Of a stretch of DNA of 64,000 bases, positions 44,390 through 57,964 are shown one piece after another (within the stretch, counting starts at the first letter, position 1; each line of letters opens with the position of its first letter). The stretch is from contig OX597824.1 in NCBI GenBank assembly GCA_951406725.2, positions 29,822,001 to 29,886,000 of the forward strand, given 5' to 3'. The notes beneath the pieces were generated by a model. That model was not told the origin of the DNA. It did not search any database and saw nothing but the letters and a program-made list of their open reading frames with translations. Source of the stretch: Octopus vulgaris (lineage: Eukaryota). The position numbers were made by a program, and so were the translations under genes.

Positions 44390-44854
44390 CCAATTTTGGT
44401 TTTTGTAAACATTTTAATACATGAACACATAACCAACACTAAACATATTTTATCCCATTACTTTAACTCATGAGCTTATATAAATTTACCACCCAACAAA
44501 AAGTTAGTGCAATTACTTCCCCTGTCTCGAATAATACCAATCACCAATTACCACCCCTTTGATATTTTTATATATGCTGATTCATTCACAAACTCTCATA
44601 CAAGCAGCGCGGAATAAAAACATATTAACACAATACGAAATTGCAATATTTTCACCAATTTCTTTGTCATGATTGGCGAAACATGAAACCAGTCAGCTAT
44701 AATAATATTCCATCCTTTAGAATATACCAAAAATACATAAACTGTGTGCATCTTCCTTCTATTATATATTTTTTCACTACAACTCACTACATGGTGAATA
44801 TCTTTTTTTTTTCTGCTATATATGTATATAGCAAACTAAAGCTAAGTAACGCGG

Positions 44855-45209
44855 AGAACGACCCTTCATCAGTTGTCAGCTGTCTACCTAGTCCTTATTT
44901 CGAGCGTTCAACGACAATATTAGTTTTCGAAGACAGTTGATCCCATGAGTTCCAAAATAAAATTTTGGATTTGTGGTTGAGAACAAAAACAGAACAGTGA
45001 AGACATACAAGGAAACCCAACGAAAACAAACATGGATGGTCGTTAGACCAGAACGATAGGAAAATAATGATGGCTGGGAGAAACATTTTCTTTGAAAAGA
45101 GAAAAGATAGAAGGGAGAGCTAGAAGACGTCCAATCCGTAGAACGACGTGCAGGAAAAGAAAGATGGACGATGATCACGTGTGAGCAAATAGGGATGAGA
45201 AAAGAGAAA

Positions 45210-45248
<39 letters not shown>

Positions 45249-45415
45249 GATAGGAAACAGAAGGGGAGTAAAGAGAATCAGAGAAGGATGGAGGAGAAAA
45301 CAGTATCGTTACTCGTCTTGTTTTCCATTTTTCTCTCGTTGTTTACGTATTTAATTCGTGTTTATTTTCGTACTTAATGTTGTTGACACAGTTGGTGATA
45401 TCCTGTAGCCATACA

Positions 45416-45420
<5 letters not shown>
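44855..45420. mobile_element. Unclassified repeat, related to 46955-47540
   Basis: CCTTCATCAGTTGT..TATTTCGAGC..ACAGTTG shared with 47087-47166; 45310-45420 resembles the reverse complement of 46950-47070. Confidence 0.6.
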
Positions 45421-45481
<61 letters not shown>

Positions 45482-45535
45482 CATATATATAGGTGTATGT
45501 GTGTACATATATATGTATGTATATATATATAGACG

Positions 45536-45621
<86 letters not shown>

Positions 45622-45623
<2 letters not shown>

Positions 45624-45924
45624 GAGGCACAATGGCCTAGTGGTTAGGGCAGCGGACACGCGGTCGCAGGATCGCGGTTTCGATTCCCAGACCGGGCGTT
45701 GTGAGTGTTTATTGAGCGAAAACACCTAAAAGCTCCACGAGGCTCCGTCAGGGGTTTGTGATCCCTGCTGTACTCTTTCACCACTCTTTCTCCCACTCTT
45801 TCTTCTGTTGGCCTGCTCGCTTAGCCAGCGGGGTGGCATCATTCGAAGGCTAAAACAATGCGAACGCATTGTGACCAGCGATGTGTAACAACATCTGATG
45901 GTCTGGTCGGTCACGTGATCACGA

Positions 45925-45927
<3 letters not shown>
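45622..45927 (+). mobile_element. SINE with family C head and middle but a different tail
   Basis: Matches 23741 to ~45805, then GGCCTGCTCGCTTAGCCAGCGG..GGTCACGTGATCACG; decayed reverse copy of this tail near 18590-18650. Confidence 0.85.
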
Positions 45928-45970
<43 letters not shown>

Positions 45971-46022
45971 TATATGTATATATATATTGATAAAAATGGT
46001 AAGACAACAAACGAAGGAGACC

Positions 46023-46056
<34 letters not shown>

Positions 46057-46689
46057 TATATGGATGCATCTATATAAATATGTATATTTGTACGTATGTA
46101 TGCATGAGTGTATGTATGCATGTATATAAGTATTATGTATGTACGTACGTACTTATGTATGTGTGTATGTATTTATCAATTCATGTGTTTCATTAAAAAT
46201 CCTTGCTAATAAAAAATATTACTAGCCACGGGTGTTAAACATGAAGCTGACAACGAAGACATTTCTTTACCTATCTCCTCCTTCCTCACCGTCATTTTCT
46301 ACCTCTTCCTTCTCCTCATCCACTGCTCTATTTCCCCCGCCAACTCCTTTTTATCTTCTAGTGGTTTGTCCATTTGTTTACGATCAACTAACTGTCCCTT
46401 GAAGAAACGAATAAATAGGTTTCCGAAGAATCAAGGCAGTGACCCTTCCCAATCTAGATTAAACGGGAACAATTGTCACAGATGATTGCCACAAACGACG
46501 GTAGCGTTCGGATCAGAGATAAAAATGTAGAATGGACAGTTGATGGTTACAGGGCGTTGGTTAAAGTGAAAGTAGATTTTCATTGGAGATCAGTACACGT
46601 GTATGTATGTATGAATGTATGTATGTATGTATGTATGTATGTATGGATTTATGTATGTATATATGTATGTATGTATATATAAGTATATA

Positions 46690-46758
<69 letters not shown>

Positions 46759-46821
46759 GCATTATGCATATGCAGATAGATAGATAGAATTTACTTGGAA
46801 GAGGATGCGCGGCATTCAATC

Positions 46822-46902
<81 letters not shown>

Positions 46903-47549
46903 TATATACATACGTGTATGTACATACTTACATCTATACGTAAATATATATATGCATATGTCGCCACAGGACGTCACGAAACGTGTACAACAAAAAGTAC
47001 GAAGTTCGAGTACAAGGAATATGAACTATTTTTTCGAACAACGAAAAGCACAAATGGAAAACAACTCAAACAACATAAATAACGAACCTTCATCAGTTGT
47101 TGGCTGCTTTTCTACTCTCGTATTTCGAGCATTTAACAACAAGATACACTTTCGATAAAACAGTTGCTTCCGCAAAGTAAATTAACTAGACTTCGGATTT
47201 TGCACAGTGTCAAAATTAGTAACGAAAACAGGACAGTGAACACAAACAGGAAGGGCTGCTTAGCCTAAATGAGGTTGTGGTGGCGAACGTGTAAATTAAA
47301 TTTGGACAGGAGACAGACAAGAACACGTCTTCCTTGATCCAGCTACAACGGAGATGTAAAAAGAAACACAAGTTAGAAGAAAGAAAGATGGCCAAGGGTC
47401 ACGTGGACGTCACGTAAGCAAGGGAGGAAGAGTGGAGAGAGAGTGACAGACAGAGGACTGTGAAAGGGGGAAGAAAAAATTGGAGGTAAGATAAGTGAGA
47501 AAAAACAGGAGGGTAAGAAGAGGATGTAAAAGAATAAGAGAAATATATA

Positions 47550-47720
47550 TCTATTATATAAAATCCGTTCTGTCTGTCTGTGTGTCTTCTAGGATCTCGG
47601 GCATTCTCCATCCGATTGAGCTCAAATTTGATATGTAGATACCGACAGTATTAGGGCGTGTATAAATCTTGAAAAGATTACAAAAGTCGATTCCAGGTGA
47701 GAATGCGATCGATAAAGCAT
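47550..47720 (+). mobile_element. Helitron-like 5' fragment
   Basis: A|TCTATTATATAAAATC..TGTCTGTCTG start resembles 32136; no 3' end seen. Confidence 0.55.
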
Positions 47721-47876
47721 TCTTTATTTCTTCTTTTGCTGGTGTCTCAAATTTAGGTTAAATCATTGTTTCTCAAAGAGGAAGCCTATGAGATGGTCGA
47801 ACAAGTTGTTTTGAGAAAATTTGGTTTAAATGTTTGACAACTCAGCAGCGTCCATTGGACGGGGGTCATTTTGCTC

Positions 47877-47934
<58 letters not shown>

Positions 47935-48019
47935 GTATAGATTTAAGTTCGTACATATACATATGTATATAAGCATATATATATATATTATTTATATTAT
48001 ATGTGTGTGTGTTTGTATG

Positions 48020-48053
<34 letters not shown>

Positions 48054-48267
48054 TGTATGTATGTATGTATGTTTGTATGTATGTATGTATGTACCGAGCG
48101 GAAAAGGCGCGAATATAATAGAAAGAAGTTTTGTGTAACACGAGAAAAGTGAAACGAAGACGACGTGATAGGGAGAAATAAAAGGGTTAGAGTGTCCATG
48201 TATTTGTGTGTATGTCTGAGTAGGGAAAAGAGACAGACTATTAGAGAGAGGGAGATAGATAGATAGA

Positions 48268-48546
48268 TATGTTTCTTTATTAGCCACACAGGGCTGCACA
48301 CAGATAGAACAAATTACAAGGTAGAGCTTTTCTTTTGGGGGTAAAAAAAAAAAAAAAAAAAAAGGAGAGTTGTGGTTTTCGATCAAAAGGGATCGTAAAA
48401 GGAAAGAAAAAGGACAAAAAAAAGGGTGGGGAGAAAAAAAAATGAATAATAGGGATCGTTATCACAGAAATGTCAATATGAAGTGTAAAGGGGAGGACAG
48501 GTGAGGTTTACCCGTGGAAAGAAAAGCCTACGGAAAAGACCACGGT

Positions 48547-48626
<80 letters not shown>

Positions 48627-48635
48627 TAGACAGAC

Positions 48636-48713
<78 letters not shown>

Positions 48714-48870
48714 CTTTTTATTGTGGCCACACAGGGCTAAACACAGAATTAAAATGGACGAAATACAATGTAGAGTTTTTTTCTTTTCGAGGTGGGATGG
48801 GTGGGACATACAAAAAAAAAAGAGTTCGATCAATAGGGATCTGTGGGTTGTGTGGTGTATAAAAATATCA
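48268..48870 (-). mobile_element. Two related retroelement 3' ends in (GATA)n
   Basis: 48268-48548 and 48712-48870 both begin TTT(C)TTTATT..GCCACACAGGGCT..ACACAGA and contain TTCGATCAA.AGGGATC. Confidence 0.7.
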
Positions 48871-48871
48871 T

Positions 48872-48939
<68 letters not shown>

Positions 48940-49391
48940 TGAGAGAGAGAAACAGTCAGGTGAATAAAGAGAGAAATGGGAGTGGGAGAGAGAGGGAGAT
49001 AAGCTGTCATCCGGCGGAAACATAGAAACTACAGGAAATACAATCAGCCTATTTACTTAAACAAGAACAACACCAGCAACAACAAAACACAGAGATCTGT
49101 ATAACTTTATTCAATCTCAATGAAAATGCGTGAGAAAGTAATATGATATTATTATAAGATCCATTTCAGCAAAATATTGGTTTCAAATTTTGGCACGATG
49201 CCAGCAATTTCGGGCATGGGGATAAGTCGATTATATCGACCCCAGTGCATAACTGGTACTTATTCTGTTGACCCCCGAAAGAATAAAATGCAAAGTCAAC
49301 CCTTGCAGAATCTGAACTCAGAAACTGAAGACGGATGGAACGCCGCAAAGCATTTTGCCCGGTGTGCTAAAGATTCTGCTTGCTTGCCGCC

Positions 49392-49455
<64 letters not shown>

Positions 49456-49460
49456 TAATA

Positions 49461-49516
<56 letters not shown>

Positions 49517-49554
49517 GGTGGTGGTGGTGGTGGTGGTGGTGGTGGTGGTGGTGG

Positions 49555-49657
<103 letters not shown>

Positions 49658-49661
49658 AATG

Positions 49662-49704
<43 letters not shown>

Positions 49705-49706
<2 letters not shown>

Positions 49707-50196
49707 GCCCTGATGCAGTACCAGGCAATGACTCTTGTGGCTTCTGATCTTAACTGATGGGAAGTGTTATCATGTACATTGTTTTGTCTTTTAGACCTTA
49801 ACCAGTTGAGCATGTCCCTTAGTGACTGACGATATGTGCAACTCTGATCACGAGCAGAAGTAATGGGGGGGACATCATAGCCGTGTGTTGAAAAAATTTC
49901 TTGGAGGTAATTCACCTTTGGAAACATGGGTGGTTCGATTCAGCATCCTTAAACAATCCTTATTCAGGGACGTTTTGAGCGGGATGGGCTACTCGACCAG
50001 AAGAAAATTCTAACTAGGCCCCACCTGCACGGTCATGTACTGTTTATATTGATATGAGATCACCATGTCGTGCACATGTGGTTGTGATGCATGTGCCTGG
50101 TGTACCCTTATCCGACGGGTAGTCATGATGGCTATACTGGTCTTCGTATATTTTACCCCAGTGTCACTTTGATGGCATGCATTACTCTCTCACTCA
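49705..50196. mobile_element. Unclassified ~490-bp insertion in (TAA)n
   Basis: Complex sequence bounded sharply by TAA runs; family B SINE fragments lie outside. Confidence 0.5.
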
Positions 50197-50420
50197 ATAA
50201 TAATAATAATAATCCTTTCTACGATAGGCACATAGCCTGAAATTTGGGGCGAGGGGGCTAGTCAATGACATCGACCCAAGTGTTTCACTGGTACTTGATT
50301 TGTCGACCCTCGAAAGAATGACAGGCAAAGTCGACCATGGCAGAATTTGAACTCAGAACGTAGCGCAGTTTGCTTTGCTAACCGCCAAAGCCAACTGCAG
50401 AATCAGCCACTCACACACAA

Positions 50421-50517
<97 letters not shown>

Positions 50518-51689
50518 TATATGTATATGCGAATGTGCGTGTGTGCACGCACACATTCGCATATCACCATATCCAAACTAAGTTCAGGTAGTTAATGATT
50601 AGCTGACCAACTGGTGTAGCATTATCTAGCCTTTAATTATATCTCCTCATACTCATTTGCTGACCATCGTTTGGCCGAAACTGAAAACAGACACGAAGCG
50701 GAAAATATCACTCACTGAACATTTGAAGCGTTCGTTCGAAGGCACAGCAATTTAAAGCCTTCTTCTTCTTCTTCTTCTTCTTCTTCTTCTTCTTCTACTT
50801 CTTCTTCTCCTCCTCCTCAATCTTCTTCTTCTACTCATCCTTATCCTCCTCCTCCTTCTTCTTCCTTTTCTTCTTCTTCTTCTTCTTCGTCGTCTCCTTC
50901 TTATTATTCTTATTCTTATTCTTACTCTCCTCCTCTTCCTCAATCTTCTTCTTCTCTTCCTCCTCCTACTCCTCCTCCTCCTTCTTCTTCTTCACCCCAC
51001 CTCCTCCTATCCTCCTCCTCCAGTACCATCGTCTTCTTTTCTTTCTACTTTTCCTCCTCTTTCTCTTTCTTCTTCTCCTGCTATCCATCTTCTTCTTCTT
51101 TGGCTAACGCCCGTGACATTAGACACCATGTCTATGAATTAAACAAAAAAACGGGATGGTCACGATTGGATTAAGGACTAACCAATATCCAAAAGCGGTT
51201 GACGGTTTAATGCTTGTCAACAAACTGTTGCATGCATTTAATTGGGATTTAACGGACAGCAAATTACAGCTGAAGACACATGACCTATTATTTAGGGTAG
51301 AAGACTCCAAAGTGGTCGATATCGACCCCTGGTGGTGGGGGTCGATGGGTCTATTCAAGGGATCGATAAATGCACATCTACTTTATTATCATTATTTATA
51401 TATTTTCTTGTACATGCCTGGTGGTCGATGAAGGGTCAAGGATTCCCGGACCCGGCTGTGTGTTCTATTCTTGAACAAAACACTTCACGTCATGCTGCTC
51501 CAGTCTACCCATATGCAAAATAAGTTCTAATGATAACTGGGAAGTAAACCCTTGAAGGACTAGCGTCCCATTCAGTGGGGCGGAAGAAGTCGTTGTGATA
51601 TATGTCTCTTATACACTGGGTTAAACTCCGACCTTATGATTTCTAAGGCTCTCGACATAGCCTAAACCATTAGAGCCAGGATAATGTAT

Positions 51690-51854
51690 GGCAGGAGGGT
51701 TGAGTAAGTAGCTTACTTACCAACCACATGGTTCTGGGTTCAGGCCCACTGCGTAGCACCTTGGGCAAGTGTCTTCTACTATAGACTCGGCCCGACCAAA
51801 GCCTTGTGAGTGGATTTGGTAGACGGAAACTGAAAGAAGCCCGTCGTGTATATG

Positions 51855-51887
<33 letters not shown>

Positions 51888-52195
51888 ATGTGTGTGTATG
51901 TTTGTGTATGCGCGCGCGTCTGTCTGTGTGTATTTGTGTATGTATATATGTATGTATGTCTGTATTATGTTTGTATGTATATGTTTGTGACTGTGCCCCC
52001 CCCCCCCCCAGCATAACTTGACAACCGATGCAGGTGTGTTTACGTCCCCGTCACCTAGCGGTTCGGCAAGAGGGACCGATAGAATAAATACTAGGCTTAT
52101 AAAGAATAAGTTCTGGGGTCGATTTGATCGACTAAAGGCGGTGCTACAGCACGGCCGCAGTCAAATGACTGAAACAAATAAAAGAATAAAAGAAT
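51690..52195 (+). mobile_element. SINE family A
   Basis: Full copy with expanded internal microsatellite. Confidence 0.9.
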
Positions 52196-52736
52196 ATATT
52201 AATAAAACCGTTTTCTGCCGAGATTGATTTTGCCTTTTGGTGGGGGGGGAGGTCGATAATATAAGTACCAGTTAAGTACTGGGGGCGGTGTAACCGACTT
52301 ATCCCTTCCCCAAAATGCTGGCTTTGTGCCAAAATTTTAAACCAGTATATATAAAGAATTAAGAAGACGAGCTGGAAGAATCGTTAGCGCGCCGGGGAAA
52401 ATGCTTAGCGGCATTTCGTCCGTCTTTATGTTCGTGTTCAAATCCCGCTGAGGTCGACCTTGACTTTCTGGGTTCGATAAAATAACAACCTGTTGTGCAC
52501 TGAGGTTGATAAAGTCGTCTTACGCACCCCCCCAGAACTTGATGGTCTTTATACCAAAATTTGAAACAACCAATATATTGTAAAGCCGTTACTATTTTAT
52601 TGTTACCATTGGTATTTTCGTTGTAAGTTCTTTCGCCCTAGGTCGTACCTGATCGTGAAGACCTAAGATTAAAAATCTTCCAGCCTTGACCATTCAGTTT
52701 TCTTTCGCCATGTAGAGGAAACTCAACATCTGATGA

Positions 52737-52778
<42 letters not shown>

Positions 52779-53031
52779 CGTTGTCGTTGTTGTTGTTGTT
52801 GTTGTTGTTATTGCTACTGCCGAAGTTATTGTGTCGTGCCTTCTCTCGTTGTTGTTACTGTGGTTGACGGTTGCTATAGCAACACAGACATACTTCAATG
52901 TTTTATTCCATACTTTACTGCTCTCCTCTGCTTCCATAGTCTAATCATTGCTGTTGTTGTTGTTGTTGTTGTATATTTTTGTGACTATGCGGTATATTTA
53001 GTAATATACAGTTTCATCACTTTTAGGGGAG

Positions 53032-53067
<36 letters not shown>

Positions 53068-53219
53068 GCTCTCTCTGTTTTTTTAAACCTGTCTGGCATT
53101 AGAAAACACCCAACCTTCGCCATTTTTGAAATAGCCCTTTATTGCGTATACTCTCAAATACGCACTGCACAACATACACACAAACACTTACACACACACA
53201 CACATACACACACACATAC

Positions 53220-53272
<53 letters not shown>

Positions 53273-53428
53273 CAAACGCCCATGTCAACCCCTTCATTAC
53301 ACGACAATAGAGGAACTGACGTTTCATTTGCGGCATATATTTTGCGCATACATACACAAATTCTCGGCAACCCATAAAGCTGCATGATATCAACCCTAAA
53401 TAAACGGTGCTTCGTCTATATATTGGCG

Positions 53429-53475
<47 letters not shown>

Positions 53476-53509
53476 AGAGAGAGAGAGACAGACAGACAGA
53501 CAGAGGGAC

Positions 53510-53562
<53 letters not shown>

Positions 53563-53593
53563 TGTTGGCAGGTGTATGCATCATATATATATA

Positions 53594-53658
<65 letters not shown>

Positions 53659-53696
53659 CATGTGTATGTGTATATTGTTTATGTACATTTATATAT

Positions 53697-53782
<86 letters not shown>

Positions 53783-53844
53783 AATACATACATATATATG
53801 CATATACATAGATATGACATACATACACACACACACACACACAC

Positions 53845-53894
<50 letters not shown>

Positions 53895-55047
53895 AATATA
53901 TGTATGCATGTTTGTGTGTATGTAAGTAGGTAGGTACGTATAAATTTATACATACATATCACGCACATTCCTACATATATGTGTGTATGTGTGTGCATAT
54001 ATATCATGCACACGCACACGCACACACACTCACACACACACACATATACACGCTTGCACATACCTATCAGTTAAAACGCCGTTGGTGTAATAGAGTCGTT
54101 TGTCACAGGGAGACATGTTAGTACCTTAATGCAGTCGTTCACTCCTATAGCCAATACCCCAACCTCTTTCACACCCTCTGCCTTCCTCTCTCTTTTTATT
54201 TCTCTCTTTCCCCCTCTCTCTCACTGGCTATCCACTTACCTGGCGTCAATAAATTTAATCGTAGACAACTGTGTGTGGAGGTTATGCTTGTAGTGATTGC
54301 TATTTTTATAGTTGTCGATGTTTTTATTGTTATTTTTTGTTGTTGTCGATGTATTTTTATTGTTTTGTTGTTGTTGTTGTTGTTGTTATTTTTCTTCTTT
54401 TTCTTCTTCTTCTTCCTGTTGATGTCTGTTGGTTTACTGCCGTTGGACGTGATGATGTTAATGGTAACCATAGTTTTTAAAGTAGGTGGGATTGTTCGGT
54501 GGTGAGTGGCACGGTTGTATTTATGGGTTTCCCTTTTGTTGAACTTGGTGTATATGGTAATCGTACTGGTGTGGACGGCGGCAATGGTAGCGGAGGCGGC
54601 TGTGGTGGCGTTGGTGGTGGTGGTGGTGGTGTTGGTGGTGGTGGTGGTGGTGGTGGTGACGGCGGTGGCGGTGGCGGTGGTGGGATGGTGGTGCGATGGT
54701 GGTGGTGATGGTTGTGGTGGTGGCGTTGCTGCTGGTTTTTGTGGTGATGGTGATGATGGTGGTGGCGTTGGTATCGGTGGTGGTGGTGGTGGTGGGAGGG
54801 CGGTGAAGTTGAGGGTGGGGTTCATGGAGAAGTTGGTCGGTGGAGGTCGTAGTAGTGCTGATAGTAATTTAGATGTAGTATTCAGCGGGGTTGTTGAGTC
54901 AATTTGTCACTTTCGTCACATGAAAATACATGGAGACCCAATTACGCAAGCGCACGCACAAGTACTAATACATCCACAATCACTGGCTTATATATATAAG
55001 GGAGTGGACAATCGAAAGAAAAGGGTACTCAACACACTTACTATGAG

Positions 55048-55093
<46 letters not shown>

Positions 55094-56342
55094 AAAATAA
55101 GACAAGACAGAAAATGCTAAAATGATTTTATCATGAAGAACATTTTAGTACCGGTTTCAGACTTTCTCAACTTAGAGTAAGCATGAAGAACATTTAAATT
55201 GTGGAAAATCTTTTTTAATATTTCCATAGTTTTCAAATACAAGCTGTAGAAATGAGTTGCGACATCACAGGTGCCAAGCTGTATCGGCTCTTGCCTTTCC
55301 CTTGGATAACACTGGTGGCGTCGAGAGGGAGGGCCGGTATGCATGGGTGATCTACCTTCCTTACCACATAGTTGCCACTTAGCATTTGAATGATTGTCTT
55401 TTAAGGCTACAACCAGCCATTTTTGTGATAGGTCTTACTTTTCCAAGCGATGCCTGTCCATGATAATTTTTATAGTGGAGAAAGAATTTGCACAGATCCA
55501 GTCCCACTCTCTGAACATGGACAGCATAAACTCGAAAAGAAGAACTAGTCTACGTCATCGAATATTGTCGGTGTCACAGGTTTTCTCTTAGACTTTCCCT
55601 GTCCTAGAGAGATGTTGACAACAGAGAAGCCACCTATTTCCAGTGATCCAGCCTTGCACTTGGACACTAACCCAGGTATTTCCGCGTCCCCACGCATACA
55701 TACATGCATGCATACGTATGGGCACATATTGCTGAATGGCCGTTGACTGCTCGATCTCTTCTGCCCTTTGACAGGTCTTAGTTGTCGTCCTGTAGGGTGT
55801 CCACCAATCACCCTCCTCACCAAACAAGCTTGATGAGGTTGCCAGTTTAGTCACCGACGATCCGACCATGCAACAGGCTTTATAGGGTTACATGCTACCA
55901 GTAGCGCCCAAGAGCGACCTGACATACATACATACATACATACATACATACATACATACATACATACATACATACATACATACATACACACACGCATATG
56001 ACGGACTTCTACACAGTTTCCGTCGACCAAATTCACGCACAAGGCATGGCTGTGTGGCTAAGAAGCTTACTTTACAATTATGCAGTTTTAGGTCCAGTCC
56101 CATTGCGCGACACTTCAAGCAAGTGTCTTCCAATATAGCCCCTAGCTCAGTAATGGAGGCCTGTCGTGTATACGTGTGTATGTGTGTTTTTGTCTATGCC
56201 TGTACCTCCATTTATCGTTTTACAACCAGTGTCGAATTGTTTAAGTCCTTGTAACTTAATAGTTCAGCAAAAGAGACCGATAGAATAAGTACCAGACTTT
56301 AAAAGATACAAAATGTATAGGGGTTAACCTGTTCCACTAAAC

Positions 56343-56583
56343 CAGTGGTTCTCAACCATTTTTTTACATATGAGCCCCTTTGATTCCTATTTTATTTGGG
56401 TGGACCCTCCTAACCGTTCGATGATAAAAAAATCAAATATTATTAGGAATTGTATTAAAAAAATTATTATCAAAATATTTTGAGTATTGTAGAAGCATAA
56501 CCAATTTATTGATGATAAATTTTAACAATAAAATCATATATGGACCCCGCCTGGGACATATGGACCTCAGTTGAGAACCACTG
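56343..56583. mobile_element. hAT (Charlie/Buster-type) MITE nested in an old family A SINE (~56042-56650)
   Basis: 14-bp TIR CAGTGGTTCTCAAC; 8-bp flanks CACTAAAC/GACTACAC with central TA. Confidence 0.88.
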
Positions 56584-57178
56584 GACTACACTGCTCAAGG
56601 TGGTTCAGCAATATGGCTGCTGTCCAATAAGTGAAACAATAAAAAGTAACAAAAATAGTTTTTTAAATCTTATTATACGGCATGTAGCCTCTCCGGCAGG
56701 CAACAATTGTATCTTTGTATTATACCTGTGTATGGGAATGTATGCGCATTGATAAACTAATCAATCTCAAATTCTATCCTTTCAACTCCAGACATATTTG
56801 GAGATGTATGTAGCATATTATTTTCAGGATTATTATAAGAATAAATCTTCTAAGAATATCTTGCTTTGAAAGAATTCTTAGTAACTTTGAAAGACGAAAT
56901 GTCAGCAAAGGAGATATTTACACAATTGCTTAAGGTCTTTTGCAGGAATTTGCCATTAAGTGGGCAGGAAATCAGGACTACTGTGCATATATATATAAAT
57001 ATCTAATCTAAGTATTTAAGTTGAAATTTTTGCTATGCATTTCAGTTTCCTACAATGTAGGATAATACAGATTATTTTCACGGTAATTTTATTAAAATTT
57101 TATGTATACATATACAACTTCAAAGTACGTATATAAATACATACATACATACATATATACATACATACATACATACAT

Positions 57179-57239
<61 letters not shown>

Positions 57240-57578
57240 ATATATAATTTTTTTAATCTTTTACCTTGCTTCAATCATTGCACTGCAGCCATGCTGGGGC
57301 ACAACCTTCAAGAACTTAGTCGAACAAATCAACCCCGATATTTATTTGAAAGTCTGGTACGTATTCTACCGATCTCTTTTGCCGAACCGCTAATTTTCGG
57401 GATCATAAACTAACCATACATCCATGCCTATGCTTAATACATACATACACACATGCTTACATATACGTATGATGTGTGTGTGTGTGTGTGTGTGTCTGTC
57501 TGTCTGTCTCTTAGTTTGTATGTATGTGTGTGTGTCTGAATGTTTGTGTGTCTGTGTATTTACATATATATATATATA

Positions 57579-57722
57579 CTTTATTTTAAGCAGCAGAAAA
57601 TTCAACAAAATTCAACAGATTTTGTTGAATTTTCTGCTGCTTAAAATAAAGCATATTACTCTACCACTGGTATTTGAGTACTCTTTTTTCCACCTTGTTT
57701 CACATTTATGTGTTTACTCCGG
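57579..57722 (+). mobile_element. Fold-back plus tail PLE-like insertion in (TA)n
   Basis: 33-bp arms 57579-57611 and 57619-57651; tail homologous to 25168-25239. Confidence 0.78.
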
Positions 57723-57932
57723 TATATATATATATATATTAATTTTGGGTTTTATGTCAAGAAATTTAACTGAAGAATTACACAATACTTTTTTTAATAG
57801 CATACATACTTATTAAACTTTTATAAGCAGTAGTGTGACTGTGACTTCGAAGTTGTGGCCAAACAGACAGACATAGTCTAGCAGTCTGAAACTTCGAAAT
57901 CACTGTCATCCAACAGCTATCACTTTATGTGT

Positions 57933-57964
<32 letters not shown>

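Noticed and set aside
47085-47132. Permuted hammerhead (GAAATACGAGAGTAG..CTGATGAAG on minus)
   Set aside because: Required A15.1-U16.1 pair and stem I cannot be formed
51119-51431. Possible RT fragment or exon
   Set aside because: Only a vague KAVD motif; insufficient support
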